A stretch of 64,000 nt of DNA, taken from the NCBI GenBank assembly GCA_045592985.1, contig JAZNVU010000041.1:76557-140556 (forward strand), in the 5' to 3' direction. Within the stretch, counting starts at the first letter, position 1, and the number at the start of each line of letters is the position of its first letter. This DNA is from Acutalibacteraceae bacterium. Its GTDB lineage: Bacteria; Bacillota; Clostridia; Oscillospirales; Acutalibacteraceae. A program made the translations under genes and the position numbers. A model generated the notes under the pieces. It was not told where the DNA came from. It saw only the letters and a list, made by a program, of their open reading frames with translations, and made no database searches. Positions 29,642-38,986 of the stretch are shown piece by piece.

Positions 29642-30211
29642 TCACATCGGCTCTAAGCCCAACAAAAGGCGTGATGCTGAGGACAAAAGCAACAACACAT
29701 AGTCATCAATGGAGTTATTCACTACATATTCAGCCGGTTCACACACACCGCCGCCTATCATGGGCAGTCTGCGTTGCAAACAAACCGTAACGTGCGTTAC
29801 CGAACTCGACAACGTCACCGTATCGCGTCGCGACATTCCGCAGGTCACCGTTCTGACCCCGCTTCGCATAAGACATTCGAGCCCTCTTTTATTGTCGGAA
29901 CCAACCACGCCGACTACACCGGATGGTACTTTGGCTTTTTCATCCGGGTTACCGTCAATTACGATAACATCAAACTGCCCTTGACACGGCAAACGGTTAA
30001 CCTGTGTTGTAATAAGTCCTGACATCGTCTCGAACTCATTTTTTCTGTCACCAAAATATGCCACATTCGGCACAAAACCAGCCCCTAAAAAGTTATCGGT
30101 AAACCTTAGTATATGCAGTTTTTCTTGAGTAAACCCACACTGTTTTAATGTAATATAAAGATTCTTCACTTTATTTATTACGACAGTGAAGACAGTCGAT
30201 AATTTTGCCAC
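29642..30211 (-). CDS. hypothetical protein (189 aa)
   Basis: ORF with plausible coding character. A weak resemblance to the central region of Mur-type ligases (TVTCGMSRRDTVTLSS...) is not enough to assign a function. Confidence 0.4.
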   Translation of the reverse strand: MAKLSTVFTVVINKVKNLYITLKQCGFTQEKLHILRFTDNFLGAGFVPNVAYFGDRKNEFETMSGLITTQVNRLPCQGQFDVIVIDGNPDEKAKVPSGVVGVVGSDNKRGLECLMRSGVRTVTCGMSRRDTVTLSSSVTHVTVCLQRRLPMIGGGVCEPAEYVVNNSIDDYVLLLLSSASRLLLGLEPM

Positions 30212-30262
30212 CCTATAAAAAATCCACCGTCTGACAAAACAAACGGTGGATTCTTATTTTTA

Positions 30263-30466
30263 TTAAATTTTTTCGGTTATGATATTACCCAAACGCTCTG
30301 CACTTTGGTTGACACCATAGATATTTCGATGCACCATATCAGCAGAAATCAGCGATATATCGCCCAAAATATCGGTACCGTTGACGTATGTAACGTTGGC
30401 GAAATTCTCTTTTTCGCAAATTTCTTTTATAATACGTCTCCATAAAGCTTCATTAATAATTCCTTT
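30263..30466 (-). pseudogene. C-terminal remnant of an SGNH/GDSL-type hydrolase
   Basis: 67 open codons with no start codon, bounded upstream by an in-frame TGA. They translate to NEALWRRIIKEICEKENFANVTYVNGTDILGDISLISADMVHRNIYGVNQSAERLGNIITEKI. The D-x-x-H block and layout resemble the last block of SGNH hydrolases. Confidence 0.35.
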
Positions 30467-30504
30467 TCAAATTTTAGAAAAGTTACTGCAATGAGAAGCA
30501 ATAC

Positions 30505-31338
30505 TTAAAGTTCCGACAAAGCATACGGGTCTGTGATTTCACGAAGTTCGTTATCTTCACCAACATGATAGAGTTTTCCGTCCTCATTCTGATAGAGGCG
30601 GATATAGTCTATAAAATACTCGATTGGCTCGGTGCGGTCTTCTTCGGGTGCCGAAAGGAATTTAAGACCGAATGCCATTGAAATAATGAAATACAAAGGC
30701 TCGTGGAAAACCTTCATAAAGTCATCATCAATTTTAACAGTATAGTATGGCTCGCCGTCCATGTAGAAAGCGGCAAACTCAGGAGTCCACTCATAACCTA
30801 TGGTATGATAATCGTCCGAGAATTTTGAACCGTCGGCAGGAGAAATCTTGTTGTTAATGCCGTTACCGCTAAAATAACTGATATGTTTGCTTTTGCCGTA
30901 AACACTGTCGGGCCACCAACTATGCAAACAGCACTCAATATAAGAGTCGTCACCGAACATTTCAAATACGTCGATTTCGGGCATACCGACAGTCTTGCCG
31001 TTATATTCAGGGCGAATCATCCAGAAACCGGGCCAGATTCCTTTGCCTGCAGTAGGCAATTTTGCTCTGATTTCAGCATAACCGTATTTATAAGCAAGGT
31101 GTCCGTGACCGCGAAGCATACCGCTTGAATAATCACCGTTTTCTTCAATTTTTGCACGGATTACGAGATTCGAGTCCTCGATAGTGCAGTTTTCTCTCTT
31201 TCTCCAAGCAGGACGGTCAAAACAACCGGGAACGTTATAATGCAAAACGTCCCACCAACCCGGATCAATTGCGCCTTTATCAAAATGGTCTTCCCAAACA
31301 AGTTTATAATTTTTTCCGTATAAATTCATAACATTCAC
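30505..31338 (-). CDS. glycoside hydrolase family 16, no signal peptide
   Basis: 277 aa. Canonical GH16 catalytic motif EIDVFE, WPGFWM and GYEW strands. The N-terminus MNVMNLYGKNYKLVWEDHFD lacks any hydrophobic leader. Confidence 0.85.
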   Translation of the reverse strand: MNVMNLYGKNYKLVWEDHFDKGAIDPGWWDVLHYNVPGCFDRPAWRKRENCTIEDSNLVIRAKIEENGDYSSGMLRGHGHLAYKYGYAEIRAKLPTAGKGIWPGFWMIRPEYNGKTVGMPEIDVFEMFGDDSYIECCLHSWWPDSVYGKSKHISYFSGNGINNKISPADGSKFSDDYHTIGYEWTPEFAAFYMDGEPYYTVKIDDDFMKVFHEPLYFIISMAFGLKFLSAPEEDRTEPIEYFIDYIRLYQNEDGKLYHVGEDNELREITDPYALSEL

Positions 31339-31344
31339 CCTACC

Positions 31345-32169
31345 TTATCTCGTTCTGAATACAAACAGGTCGTCTTCGCACTGATAAACCTTGATGTTGC
31401 GAATCTTGAACTCTGTGGGAAGTTCAATATTGGGTTCGGGAGCTTCGATATTCGGCAGACCGATGGACAAGCCAACGGTGAATTTAGCAAACTGTCTGTT
31501 ACCTATGGCCTTATAGGGACTGGGAGTAACATCAACGCGGTTATATTCGACACCGTCACAATAGAAAACAACATACTTATCGCTCCACTCAAGACCAAAG
31601 GTGTGAACACCGGGAGTCAAAACCTCTTCAGAACTTGCAATGGGATAGCAACGATGTTCCTGATTGTACATAAGGTGGAATGCACGGGGTGACTCATAAA
31701 TGGGATCAAGATATCTCATGACAATATTACTGGCGTTTTTCGCCTTGTCGCCATGAACTGCAATTATATCAAACTCGGGTCTGTACTGGCAACTGTCGAG
31801 TACTCTGAGACTGAAAACAGGCCATACGCCCTTTTGAAAAGCCGGTAATTCTGCCTCAACTTCAAAATATCCGTGAGCAAAAATGGGACCCTCACAAATA
31901 GCCCTACCGCCTTGATAACCATCTCCGTCCTTTGAAGCGGTGATAACAAGAGCACCGTCCTTAACCTCGATGTTTTCAGGCTTGTAGTTCATCTCGGCAC
32001 CCTCGTGCTTATCGGCACTGTAGGTTATAACGTGGGTGGGCTCCAAAGGATTAACCTTAGCCGAGTGCGACTTAACCTTGTCGGTTATAAGTTTCCATCT
32101 GTTCTTCTCCAAACCGCCTTCGAAGTTTTCCTCGAAAACCAGTTTGTAACCTTCTCTGTAAAGATTCAT
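31345..32169 (-). CDS. GH16-fold paralog with a non-canonical catalytic motif, no signal peptide
   Basis: 274 aa. GH16-like strands (YKLVFEENFEG, GYFEVEAELP, FGLEWSD), but the catalytic strand reads PEFDIIAVHG (31759-31776), so the second Glu is replaced by Ala. Confidence 0.7.
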   Translation of the reverse strand: MNLYREGYKLVFEENFEGGLEKNRWKLITDKVKSHSAKVNPLEPTHVITYSADKHEGAEMNYKPENIEVKDGALVITASKDGDGYQGGRAICEGPIFAHGYFEVEAELPAFQKGVWPVFSLRVLDSCQYRPEFDIIAVHGDKAKNASNIVMRYLDPIYESPRAFHLMYNQEHRCYPIASSEEVLTPGVHTFGLEWSDKYVVFYCDGVEYNRVDVTPSPYKAIGNRQFAKFTVGLSIGLPNIEAPEPNIELPTEFKIRNIKVYQCEDDLFVFRTR

Positions 32170-32213
32170 TTTGCTTTTCCCCTTTCGGACGTGTAAACGT
32201 ACTTTTTATGGTC

Positions 32214-32242
32214 ATTATGACATACGGTGTTATTATTTTCAA
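32214..32242 (-). promoter_or_regulatory. candidate promoter of the GH16 pair, with an operator-like palindrome
   Basis: Minus strand shows TTGAAA, 17 nt, CATAAT. The palindrome GTCAT-T-ATGAC (32211-32221) overlaps the -10. Confidence 0.45.
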
Positions 32243-32292
32243 TAGTTAAAAAGACTGATTTAATATTAATTTTTTTGTAACTTTCCACAATA

Positions 32293-32350
32293 TAAAATAT
32301 ACAACGAAACACCGCCGCACTCAAAATTTAAGCGCGACGGTGCTCCGTTG
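32293..32350 (-). terminator. imperfect long hairpin after the parB/noc gene
   Basis: Minus strand shows ACAACGGAGCACCGTCGCGC ... GTGCGGCGGTGTTTCGTTGT followed by ATATTTTATATT. Confidence 0.45.
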
Positions 32351-32377
32351 TATGGGGATGAATATGGGTGGGTAAAT

Positions 32378-33181
32378 TTAGACAGTCAACTTTTGTTTAG
32401 GAATAGTGATGGTATACTCAATAAACTCCTCGGTTTCGTTTCGTTTTGAGTAGGCATCAACCCCAGAACTTCTTATGGTGTCGACTATTTTTGAAAGGCT
32501 GTTGAAATATATCCTCAAATCTCCAACCTTGGCGCGTCTTGTCGAACTGTGGTCGGAATTTTTTGGCAACAGCATGTTGTTTACCATGTCTTCGGTATCG
32601 ATAACGGTCAACTGACCTGCGATTACGCGGTTTAGTACATCGTCGCGGTCGTCCTCAGGCAATCTAAGTAACGCCCTTGCGTGACGCTCGCTAAGACCCG
32701 ATGTGATAATTTTGCGCCTCTGCTCGGTAGTCAGTCTTAACAATCTCAGTTTGTTAGACAAGGTTGACTGTGCCATACCAAGCCTTTCGGCAACCTCTTG
32801 TCTGCTTAAAGCAAAATCGTCCATCAGCCGTTTTATGCCGTCGGCTTCCTCGAAAAAGGTAAGGTCGGTACGCTGAATGTTTTCGATAAGGCACATGAGC
32901 GAGCACTCACGGTCACCTGCCGTTACCACAATGCATGGCACCGTTCTAAGCCCCGCAAAGACACATGCCCTAAGTCTGCGTTCGCCCGAAATAAGTTCAA
33001 AATAATCTCCCTTTTTGCGAACGATTATCGGCTGAATTAGTCCGTTTTTTTGAATGCTCGCCGCCAATTCAAGCAATTCGTGATAATCAAAATCACGTCT
33101 TGGTTGAAAAGGTGACGGTACAATTTTGTCGGGTGCGAGCGACAAAAGTTTTCGGTCATTTCGCTTTCTTTCAAGCAACAT
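32378..33181 (-). CDS. ParB/Spo0J/Noc family DNA-binding protein
   Basis: ParB N-terminal box (GLIQPIIVR, ELISGERRLRA) plus an HTH (LSRQEVAERLGMAQSTLSNKLRLLRL). The start at ATG 33181 follows an AGGAGG RBS. It lies directly downstream of rsmG, as noc does in Bacillus. Confidence 0.85.
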   Translation of the reverse strand: MLLERKRNDRKLLSLAPDKIVPSPFQPRRDFDYHELLELAASIQKNGLIQPIIVRKKGDYFELISGERRLRACVFAGLRTVPCIVVTAGDRECSLMCLIENIQRTDLTFFEEADGIKRLMDDFALSRQEVAERLGMAQSTLSNKLRLLRLTTEQRRKIITSGLSERHARALLRLPEDDRDDVLNRVIAGQLTVIDTEDMVNNMLLPKNSDHSSTRRAKVGDLRIYFNSLSKIVDTIRSSGVDAYSKRNETEEFIEYTITIPKQKLTV

Positions 33182-33283
33182 CACAGCACCTCCTTGCCTT
33201 GATTTGATAGTAACATAACAATATACTTTTGGCAAGAAAAACAAAAACAAAAAATCGGACAAGCAGTTGTCCGATTTTACAAA

Positions 33284-33988
33284 TTACAACGGTTGTTTTG
33301 AAATTTTTGCGGGGTTGCGAGGGTATTTTGTCATAGTTTGCGAAATCTTTTTAATGCTGATAATGCCTCTTGCACCTGCATCTAAAAGTTCGAAGGTGTT
33401 TATTGCCTCCAATTCGCCTCCAAGCACCTTTATTGCATTGCCTGCCTCTTTAAGTTCGTCGGCAGTAGCGGCACCTTTTAACGCCACAAACTTACCGCCA
33501 ACCTTTACATACGGCATGCAATATTCAGAAAGTACCCTCATATTGGCAACGGCACGTGCTGTAGCGATATCAAACGATTCTCTGAGACCTTTTGGCACAT
33601 CTTCGGCACGTGAATGAACGATAGTCACTTCTAAGTTTAACGCTTTGCAAAGTTCATCCAAAAACATGATTCTTTTTGCCAACGAATCAAGCAAAGTCAG
33701 TTTAATATCGGGGCGGACTATTTTCATGACCACGCCGGGGAAACCTGCTCCGGTACCCACGTCGATAACCGACGCATGGGGCGGAATATCGGCATATTTA
33801 AAAATCATCATGGAATCAAGAAAATGCTTTACTGCTATTTCTTTCGGCTCAACGATGGCGGTAAGATTGATTTTCTCGTTCCATTCTACCAGCATCTCAG
33901 AATATATCTGAAGCCTTTTAAAAACCTCTTCATCAAGCGTCAAAAACTCATCGGCAACCATGCTTATTTCGTTGGTTGGCAGGTTCAT
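33284..33988 (-). CDS. rsmG: 16S rRNA (guanine527-N7)-methyltransferase
   Basis: 234 aa. SAM motif VIDVGTGAGFPG and typical GidB length and sequence. Confidence 0.9.
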   Translation of the reverse strand: MNLPTNEISMVADEFLTLDEEVFKRLQIYSEMLVEWNEKINLTAIVEPKEIAVKHFLDSMMIFKYADIPPHASVIDVGTGAGFPGVVMKIVRPDIKLTLLDSLAKRIMFLDELCKALNLEVTIVHSRAEDVPKGLRESFDIATARAVANMRVLSEYCMPYVKVGGKFVALKGAATADELKEAGNAIKVLGGELEAINTFELLDAGARGIISIKKISQTMTKYPRNPAKISKQPL

Positions 33989-34058
33989 TTGTTCTCCTCC
34001 TCGTATTTATGGGGATTTTTCTGCATAAGTATTTAAAAACTAAAAAGGTGATGCTTAT

Positions 34059-35336
34059 ATGATAATTTACACAGTACAAAGCGGCGACTCACTCTACAAA
34101 ATTGCACGTGATTACGGACTCACCGTCGCAGAACTTGAACGGTTTAATGAACTGCCTGACCCTGCCTCTTTAAGTATCGGTCAGGATATCCTTATCCCCG
34201 TAGAAGGTACGGTATACACGGTACAAAACGGTGACTCGCTTTATTCCATTGCGTTAAGGCACGGCGTTTCGCTTGACCGATTGCTCAGTGTAAACCCCGA
34301 ACTTTCACCGCCCTATACAATAAGACCGGGTGACATAATAAACATACCCGAAAATGCTACAAAACGCACCATTTCGGTCAACGGCTATGCCTACCCAGAT
34401 ATAAAAGACGATATTTTAGCAAAAACTTTGCCTTATCTTACCTATTTATCAATCTTCAGTCATAGCATAACCGAAACAGGCGACCTTAATTCGATAACCG
34501 ATGCACGGCTTATTGAAACCGCAAAACAGGCGCGTGTTGCACCCATTATGGTGGTGACCAACATAGAAGCCGAGGGTGGTTTCAGCAGTCAGTTGGCAAG
34601 CACGGTATTGCGTAACGACAGCGTTCGTGCCAACCTTATAGACAATATAATTCTCACCGCAACCGCCAAAGGTTATATGGGGGTCGACATTGATTTTGAG
34701 TACATCTTCCCTTCTGACCGCGAAAACTACAATCGGTTTTTGTCGGAACTAAAGCAAAGTACATCAGCGGCAGGGCTGACGCTTTCAACCGCCATTGCAC
34801 CCAAAATCTCGGCAACTCAGGCAGGCACTCTCTACGAAGCGCATGATTATGCCTTCCACGGCAGTGTGGTTGATTATCTCATAATCATGACCTACGAATG
34901 GGGATACCTCTACGGTCCTCCGCTTGCGGTGGCACCATATAATGAAGTACGAAAGGTTATATCCTATGCCGTAACCGAAATACCAAGTCAAAAGATACTC
35001 ATGGGTATGCCAAACTACGGCTATGATTGGACACTACCTTACCGCGAAGGCAGACCGGCAAGCATACTGTCGATAAACTCGGCAATTTTGCGTGCCGCCG
35101 ATAACGGTGCCGTTATAGAGTACAACAACACTTCCGAAGCGCCGTTTTACCGTTATTCGAGAGACGGCGCCGACCACATAGTATGGTTCGAAAATGCACG
35201 AAGCACCGCCGCAAGACTGCAACTCGTAAACGATTACAATTTGGGCGGTGTAAGTTATTGGACAATAAACCAGTTCTACGCACAAAACTGGCGCGTACTG
35301 GAAAATATGTTTAATATACGAAAAGTGATTTCCTAA
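34059..35336 (+). CDS. LysM-LysM-GH18 spore peptidoglycan hydrolase (YaaH/SleL-like)
   Basis: 425 aa. Two LysM repeats (YTVQSGDSLYKIA, YTVQNGDSLYSIA) and a GH18 barrel with GVDIDFEY (DxDxE) intact. Confidence 0.85.
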   Translation: MIIYTVQSGDSLYKIARDYGLTVAELERFNELPDPASLSIGQDILIPVEGTVYTVQNGDSLYSIALRHGVSLDRLLSVNPELSPPYTIRPGDIINIPENATKRTISVNGYAYPDIKDDILAKTLPYLTYLSIFSHSITETGDLNSITDARLIETAKQARVAPIMVVTNIEAEGGFSSQLASTVLRNDSVRANLIDNIILTATAKGYMGVDIDFEYIFPSDRENYNRFLSELKQSTSAAGLTLSTAIAPKISATQAGTLYEAHDYAFHGSVVDYLIIMTYEWGYLYGPPLAVAPYNEVRKVISYAVTEIPSQKILMGMPNYGYDWTLPYREGRPASILSINSAILRAADNGAVIEYNNTSEAPFYRYSRDGADHIVWFENARSTAARLQLVNDYNLGGVSYWTINQFYAQNWRVLENMFNIRKVIS

Positions 35337-36169
35337 TCTTCCGATTTAGTAACACTGTTTTCGTCATCAAAAACGCTTTCTTCGGGTTCTTCTTCCTCGT
35401 AAACACCCAAATCACGGCGCTTTTCAATATCCTCGTCGGGATGTTCTTTATAATACGGGTCAATAATATACTTCTTTATCTCAGGGAAAACGTTGAACTG
35501 TATAAGGAAGGTTTTGAATGCTGGGAAAATGAATATTCCCACCAGCGTTACAACCCACATTCCATACTTGCCGAACGACATAATAAGGAATATGGCGGCG
35601 GCATAGAGAGCAATCAATGTTCCGCCTATAATAAAGTTGTGTTTTATACCTAAGGTGGCAAAGAGAAAAGAGTTTTTGATTACTGTTTTTACGTTGTAAT
35701 CAAAGGTAATCATAAGCGTATACTGATAAAACTTTGCAAAACTGAATGCCGTAAAGAAAAATACGGTGGTGGCAAAAATCACGAGACTCCAAACGGGGTT
35801 CATGGAGCCGTCAAGTTGATAGAGATAAAGGATGTAAACATCAGCCGCAAGCACGAGGGTTATCAAGAGATTGATTATACCTATGGGCAATGCACGTTTC
35901 CAGTTTTTCTTTATGGCATCAAAAAAGTCCGACACGACAAAAACGTGCTTGTCCCTTGCCGCCATACGGCAAATATATGTCATGCCAACGTTAGCAAGTC
36001 CCACTGTAACTATCGGTATACAAAGTAAAATATACCAAAGTTCAGCCGAAACAAGCATCCAGAAATTGCGGAAATATAGTTCAAAAAACTTGAAAAATCC
36101 TCGTTTTTCGGGTTCTTGCTTCGAAACACCCTTGCCGGGGTTGTTGTAACTTTTCCAAAAAATTCCCAT
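35333..36169 (-). CDS. DUF624 (YesL-like) membrane protein
   Basis: 278 aa. The N-terminal FFKFFELYFRNFWMLVSAELWYILLCIPIVTVGLA pattern is typical of the YesL family. Acidic C-terminal tail. Confidence 0.6.
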   Translation of the reverse strand: MGIFWKSYNNPGKGVSKQEPEKRGFFKFFELYFRNFWMLVSAELWYILLCIPIVTVGLANVGMTYICRMAARDKHVFVVSDFFDAIKKNWKRALPIGIINLLITLVLAADVYILYLYQLDGSMNPVWSLVIFATTVFFFTAFSFAKFYQYTLMITFDYNVKTVIKNSFLFATLGIKHNFIIGGTLIALYAAAIFLIMSFGKYGMWVVTLVGIFIFPAFKTFLIQFNVFPEIKKYIIDPYYKEHPDEDIEKRRDLGVYEEEEPEESVFDDENSVTKSED

Positions 36170-36173
36170 GTGT

Positions 36174-36893
36174 TTACCTGCCTTTTTTCTTGGTCTTGGT
36201 GCTCTTGTAAAGCAACTTTGCGATTACCGAATCTTCGTTGTAGCAGAGCAGATACATACCGCCACAAAATACAAAGAACAATATCGGGAACACAATTAAA
36301 ATACATACCGACCACAAAGGTGCGGCGGTTAAATCTGCGGCATTGTTTGTTACAGCATCAACTATGGGTTTTACGGGGTTGAGTATTATCCATCGGTATA
36401 ACCAATAAAATACCGACCCTGCAGAACCCACTGCCTTTAATACTACTGCGATAAGTGACATAACAAAAAGCGGTATGGTGGCAAGTGCGCCTATTTTAAA
36501 CCCACGAGTTTTATCGGCTGTGGCACGGTTAAAATCAACGTCGTTTCGGTCTTTAGCGGCTTCTTTGGCAAATACCGAACCCACAAAGCAAAACAACACA
36601 CCTACACCGCAAACAGTCTGCAATACGCCAAGCAAGACCGATGCGCCTTTGCTCATTTCACTGCGTTGTTGTGCGTAGTTCTGGTTTTCTGCAAGAGTTT
36701 TTGGTGGTTCAGATAAGGTCTCGACCACCGTTGATTCATCCTGCTCATTTATTTCATAGACCGTATAGCCTATGACTTCTGTCGAAAACTGTCTTACCAT
36801 TATAAACAGGGAAATATACACAAAAAAACTTAAAAACACCGCAAACGCCGACATTCCGACGGCTTTTAATGCGGGACCTACGTTACGTTGCAT
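36174..36893 (-). CDS. hypothetical polytopic membrane protein
   Basis: About 239 aa with at least 5 TM helices and a Lys-rich tail. The start is probably MQRNVGP at 36893. Co-directional with the DUF624 gene, 4 nt apart. Confidence 0.55.
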   Translation of the reverse strand: MQRNVGPALKAVGMSAFAVFLSFFVYISLFIMVRQFSTEVIGYTVYEINEQDESTVVETLSEPPKTLAENQNYAQQRSEMSKGASVLLGVLQTVCGVGVLFCFVGSVFAKEAAKDRNDVDFNRATADKTRGFKIGALATIPLFVMSLIAVVLKAVGSAGSVFYWLYRWIILNPVKPIVDAVTNNAADLTAAPLWSVCILIVFPILFFVFCGGMYLLCYNEDSVIAKLLYKSTKTKKKGR

Positions 36894-36915
36894 GTCACAC
36901 CTCAAAAAAATTAAT

Positions 36916-36958
36916 TAAAAAGCAAAAGAGGGCAAACGATTTTGCCGCTTACCCTCTT
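36916..36958 (-). terminator. intrinsic terminator after the ispH-rpsA fusion gene
   Basis: Minus strand shows AAGAGGG...GGCAAA-ATCG-TTTGCC overlapping CCCTCTT, followed by TTGCTTTTT. Confidence 0.5.
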
Positions 36959-36970
36959 TGATTGTGCTAA

Positions 36971-38980
36971 TTATTCAGCATCGGCTGCTGCCTCTGCGGG
37001 AGCCTCTACCTCAGCAGTCTCCTCAGTTACTTCAGCAGGTGCTTCTTTCTCGATAAGGGCGCGGATAGAAAGGCTTACGCGCTTCTTGTCAAAGTCAACG
37101 TCAACAATCTTAGCGTCAACTTCCTGACCAACTTTAAGTTCGTCAGCGGGTTTCTCAATTCTGCGGTCTGCAATCTGAGAAATGTGCATAAGACCGTCAA
37201 TACCGGGGATGATTTTTGCAAATGCACCGTAAGCGGTCATGCTAACAACGGTAACCTTTGCAACATCGCCAACAGCATATTTTGCCTTAAATATCTCCCA
37301 GGGATTCTCGTCAGCCTTTTTATAACCTAAAGAAATCTTGTGCTTTTCGGTATCAATAGCCTTAACGTAAACTTCGATGGTATCGCCAACTTTAACAACT
37401 TCGGAAGGGTGCTTAATTCTCTCCCAAGAAAGTTCGGAGATATGTACCATACCGTCAACTGCGCCAAGATCTACGAATGCACCGTAGCCGGTAATCGACT
37501 TAACAGTACCGGTGAAGCGGTCGCCAACTGCTACATTATTCCAGAACTCAGCCTGCTGCTCGTTTTTCTGCTCGCGGAGAACAGCCTTTGCCGAACCGAT
37601 AACACGGCGGCGCTGACCAATCTCAATAATACGGAAGCTCAAGGTAGTACCTTTAAGAGCCTCAAGGTCATCATTTCTTGAAAGGGTTGCCTGAGAAGCG
37701 GGGATGAATACGCGGGTGCCCTCGTAGAATACTACGATACCGCCCTTAACAACATCAGATACAACGCCGCTTACAACGTCGCCATTCTCTTTGGCTTTAA
37801 TAATCTTATCCCAACCTGCAATAGCATCGAAACGCTTTTTAGAAAGCATAACGGTGCCTTCCTGGTCGTTGGTTCTCATGATGATAAGGTCAAGTTCGTC
37901 GCCAACCTTAACTGCCTCGGTGAGTTTTACGTTAGGGTCAGAAGAAAACTCTGCGGCTGAGACATAGCCGGTGTGTTTTCTGCCTATGTCGACCTGTACC
38001 TCAGTCGGGTTGACTGCGAGTACAATGCCCTTTACCTTCTGGTCTGTATTTGAACTGCTTTCGGAAGCGTTAAGCATCTCCTCAAAAGTCATTTCATCGT
38101 TGATTTCCTGTTCTATCACAGGTGTCGTAATGTCTGCCATGGTTTTTAAAACCTCCTTTATTATACCGGACGGTGTCGAAGCACCGGCCACAACTCCAAC
38201 AAGACCTGCGTTTGCAAAATCACTTGCGTTAAGCTCGTCCGAAGTTTCGACGAACACGGTTCGTTCGCAACGTTCGGAACACACCTGCACGAGCTTCCTT
38301 GTGTTGGAACTGTGACGTCCTCCGACGACCACCATTACATCACAACGGTTAGCCAGTTCATCTGCTTCCTGCTGTCTTTTTGAAGTAGCATTACATATTG
38401 TATCAAAAATAATTGCATTTGTATATAGTTTTTTTAAACTTTTTTGACACTTTTTCCATAGTTCTTGATTAAAAGTTGTCTGAGACACTGCAGTTATGGG
38501 GGTTTCAGGTCGAATTTTGCCCGAATTTGCCAAATCATTCAGTTCTTCCTCGCTGTCAAACACAAAATATTCGCCCGTACAGTGACCAACGATTCCGACA
38601 ACTTCTTTATGTTCGCGGTCGCCTGCAATTAAAACCAAGCGGTCCTGTTGCCCTGCATCGGCAACTATTTTGTGGATTTTAGCAACAAACGGACATGTTG
38701 CGTCCGACACAGTAACTCCCATTTTTCCCGCTTTTTCGAGAACTGCACGTTCTACACCGTGGGAACGTATAACCAAGACTTCGTCTTTTGCTACTTCCGA
38801 CGGGTCGGACACTATTCTTGCACCTTTTTGCTGGAGTTCGGCAACAAGTTGCGGATTGTGGATAATAGGGCCCAAAGTTGCAACCTTTTTGCCGTCGTTC
38901 AAAAGGGCTCGCACCATTTCAACAGCGCGGTCAACACCAAAACAAAACCCTGCAGTCTTTGCAAGTATTATTTCTGCCAA
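36971..38980 (-). CDS. ispH: bifunctional 4-hydroxy-3-methylbut-2-enyl diphosphate reductase / ribosomal protein S1-like (IspH fused to four S1 domains)
   Basis: 669 aa. N-terminal LytB/IspH part (AGFCFGVDRAV, CPFV, SSNT), then repeated S1 OB-folds (GxVxxVxxxGAFVDLG-type), and an acidic tail. Confidence 0.9.
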   Translation of the reverse strand: MAEIILAKTAGFCFGVDRAVEMVRALLNDGKKVATLGPIIHNPQLVAELQQKGARIVSDPSEVAKDEVLVIRSHGVERAVLEKAGKMGVTVSDATCPFVAKIHKIVADAGQQDRLVLIAGDREHKEVVGIVGHCTGEYFVFDSEEELNDLANSGKIRPETPITAVSQTTFNQELWKKCQKSLKKLYTNAIIFDTICNATSKRQQEADELANRCDVMVVVGGRHSSNTRKLVQVCSERCERTVFVETSDELNASDFANAGLVGVVAGASTPSGIIKEVLKTMADITTPVIEQEINDEMTFEEMLNASESSSNTDQKVKGIVLAVNPTEVQVDIGRKHTGYVSAAEFSSDPNVKLTEAVKVGDELDLIIMRTNDQEGTVMLSKKRFDAIAGWDKIIKAKENGDVVSGVVSDVVKGGIVVFYEGTRVFIPASQATLSRNDDLEALKGTTLSFRIIEIGQRRRVIGSAKAVLREQKNEQQAEFWNNVAVGDRFTGTVKSITGYGAFVDLGAVDGMVHISELSWERIKHPSEVVKVGDTIEVYVKAIDTEKHKISLGYKKADENPWEIFKAKYAVGDVAKVTVVSMTAYGAFAKIIPGIDGLMHISQIADRRIEKPADELKVGQEVDAKIVDVDFDKKRVSLSIRALIEKEAPAEVTEETAEVEAPAEAAADAE

Positions 38981-38986
38981 TTTATG

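Noticed and set aside
36971-38980. The IspH fused to four S1 domains, considered as a novel fusion.
   Set aside because: This IspH/LytB-S1 fusion next to cmk is a known, widespread arrangement in Clostridia. It is noted as a feature only.
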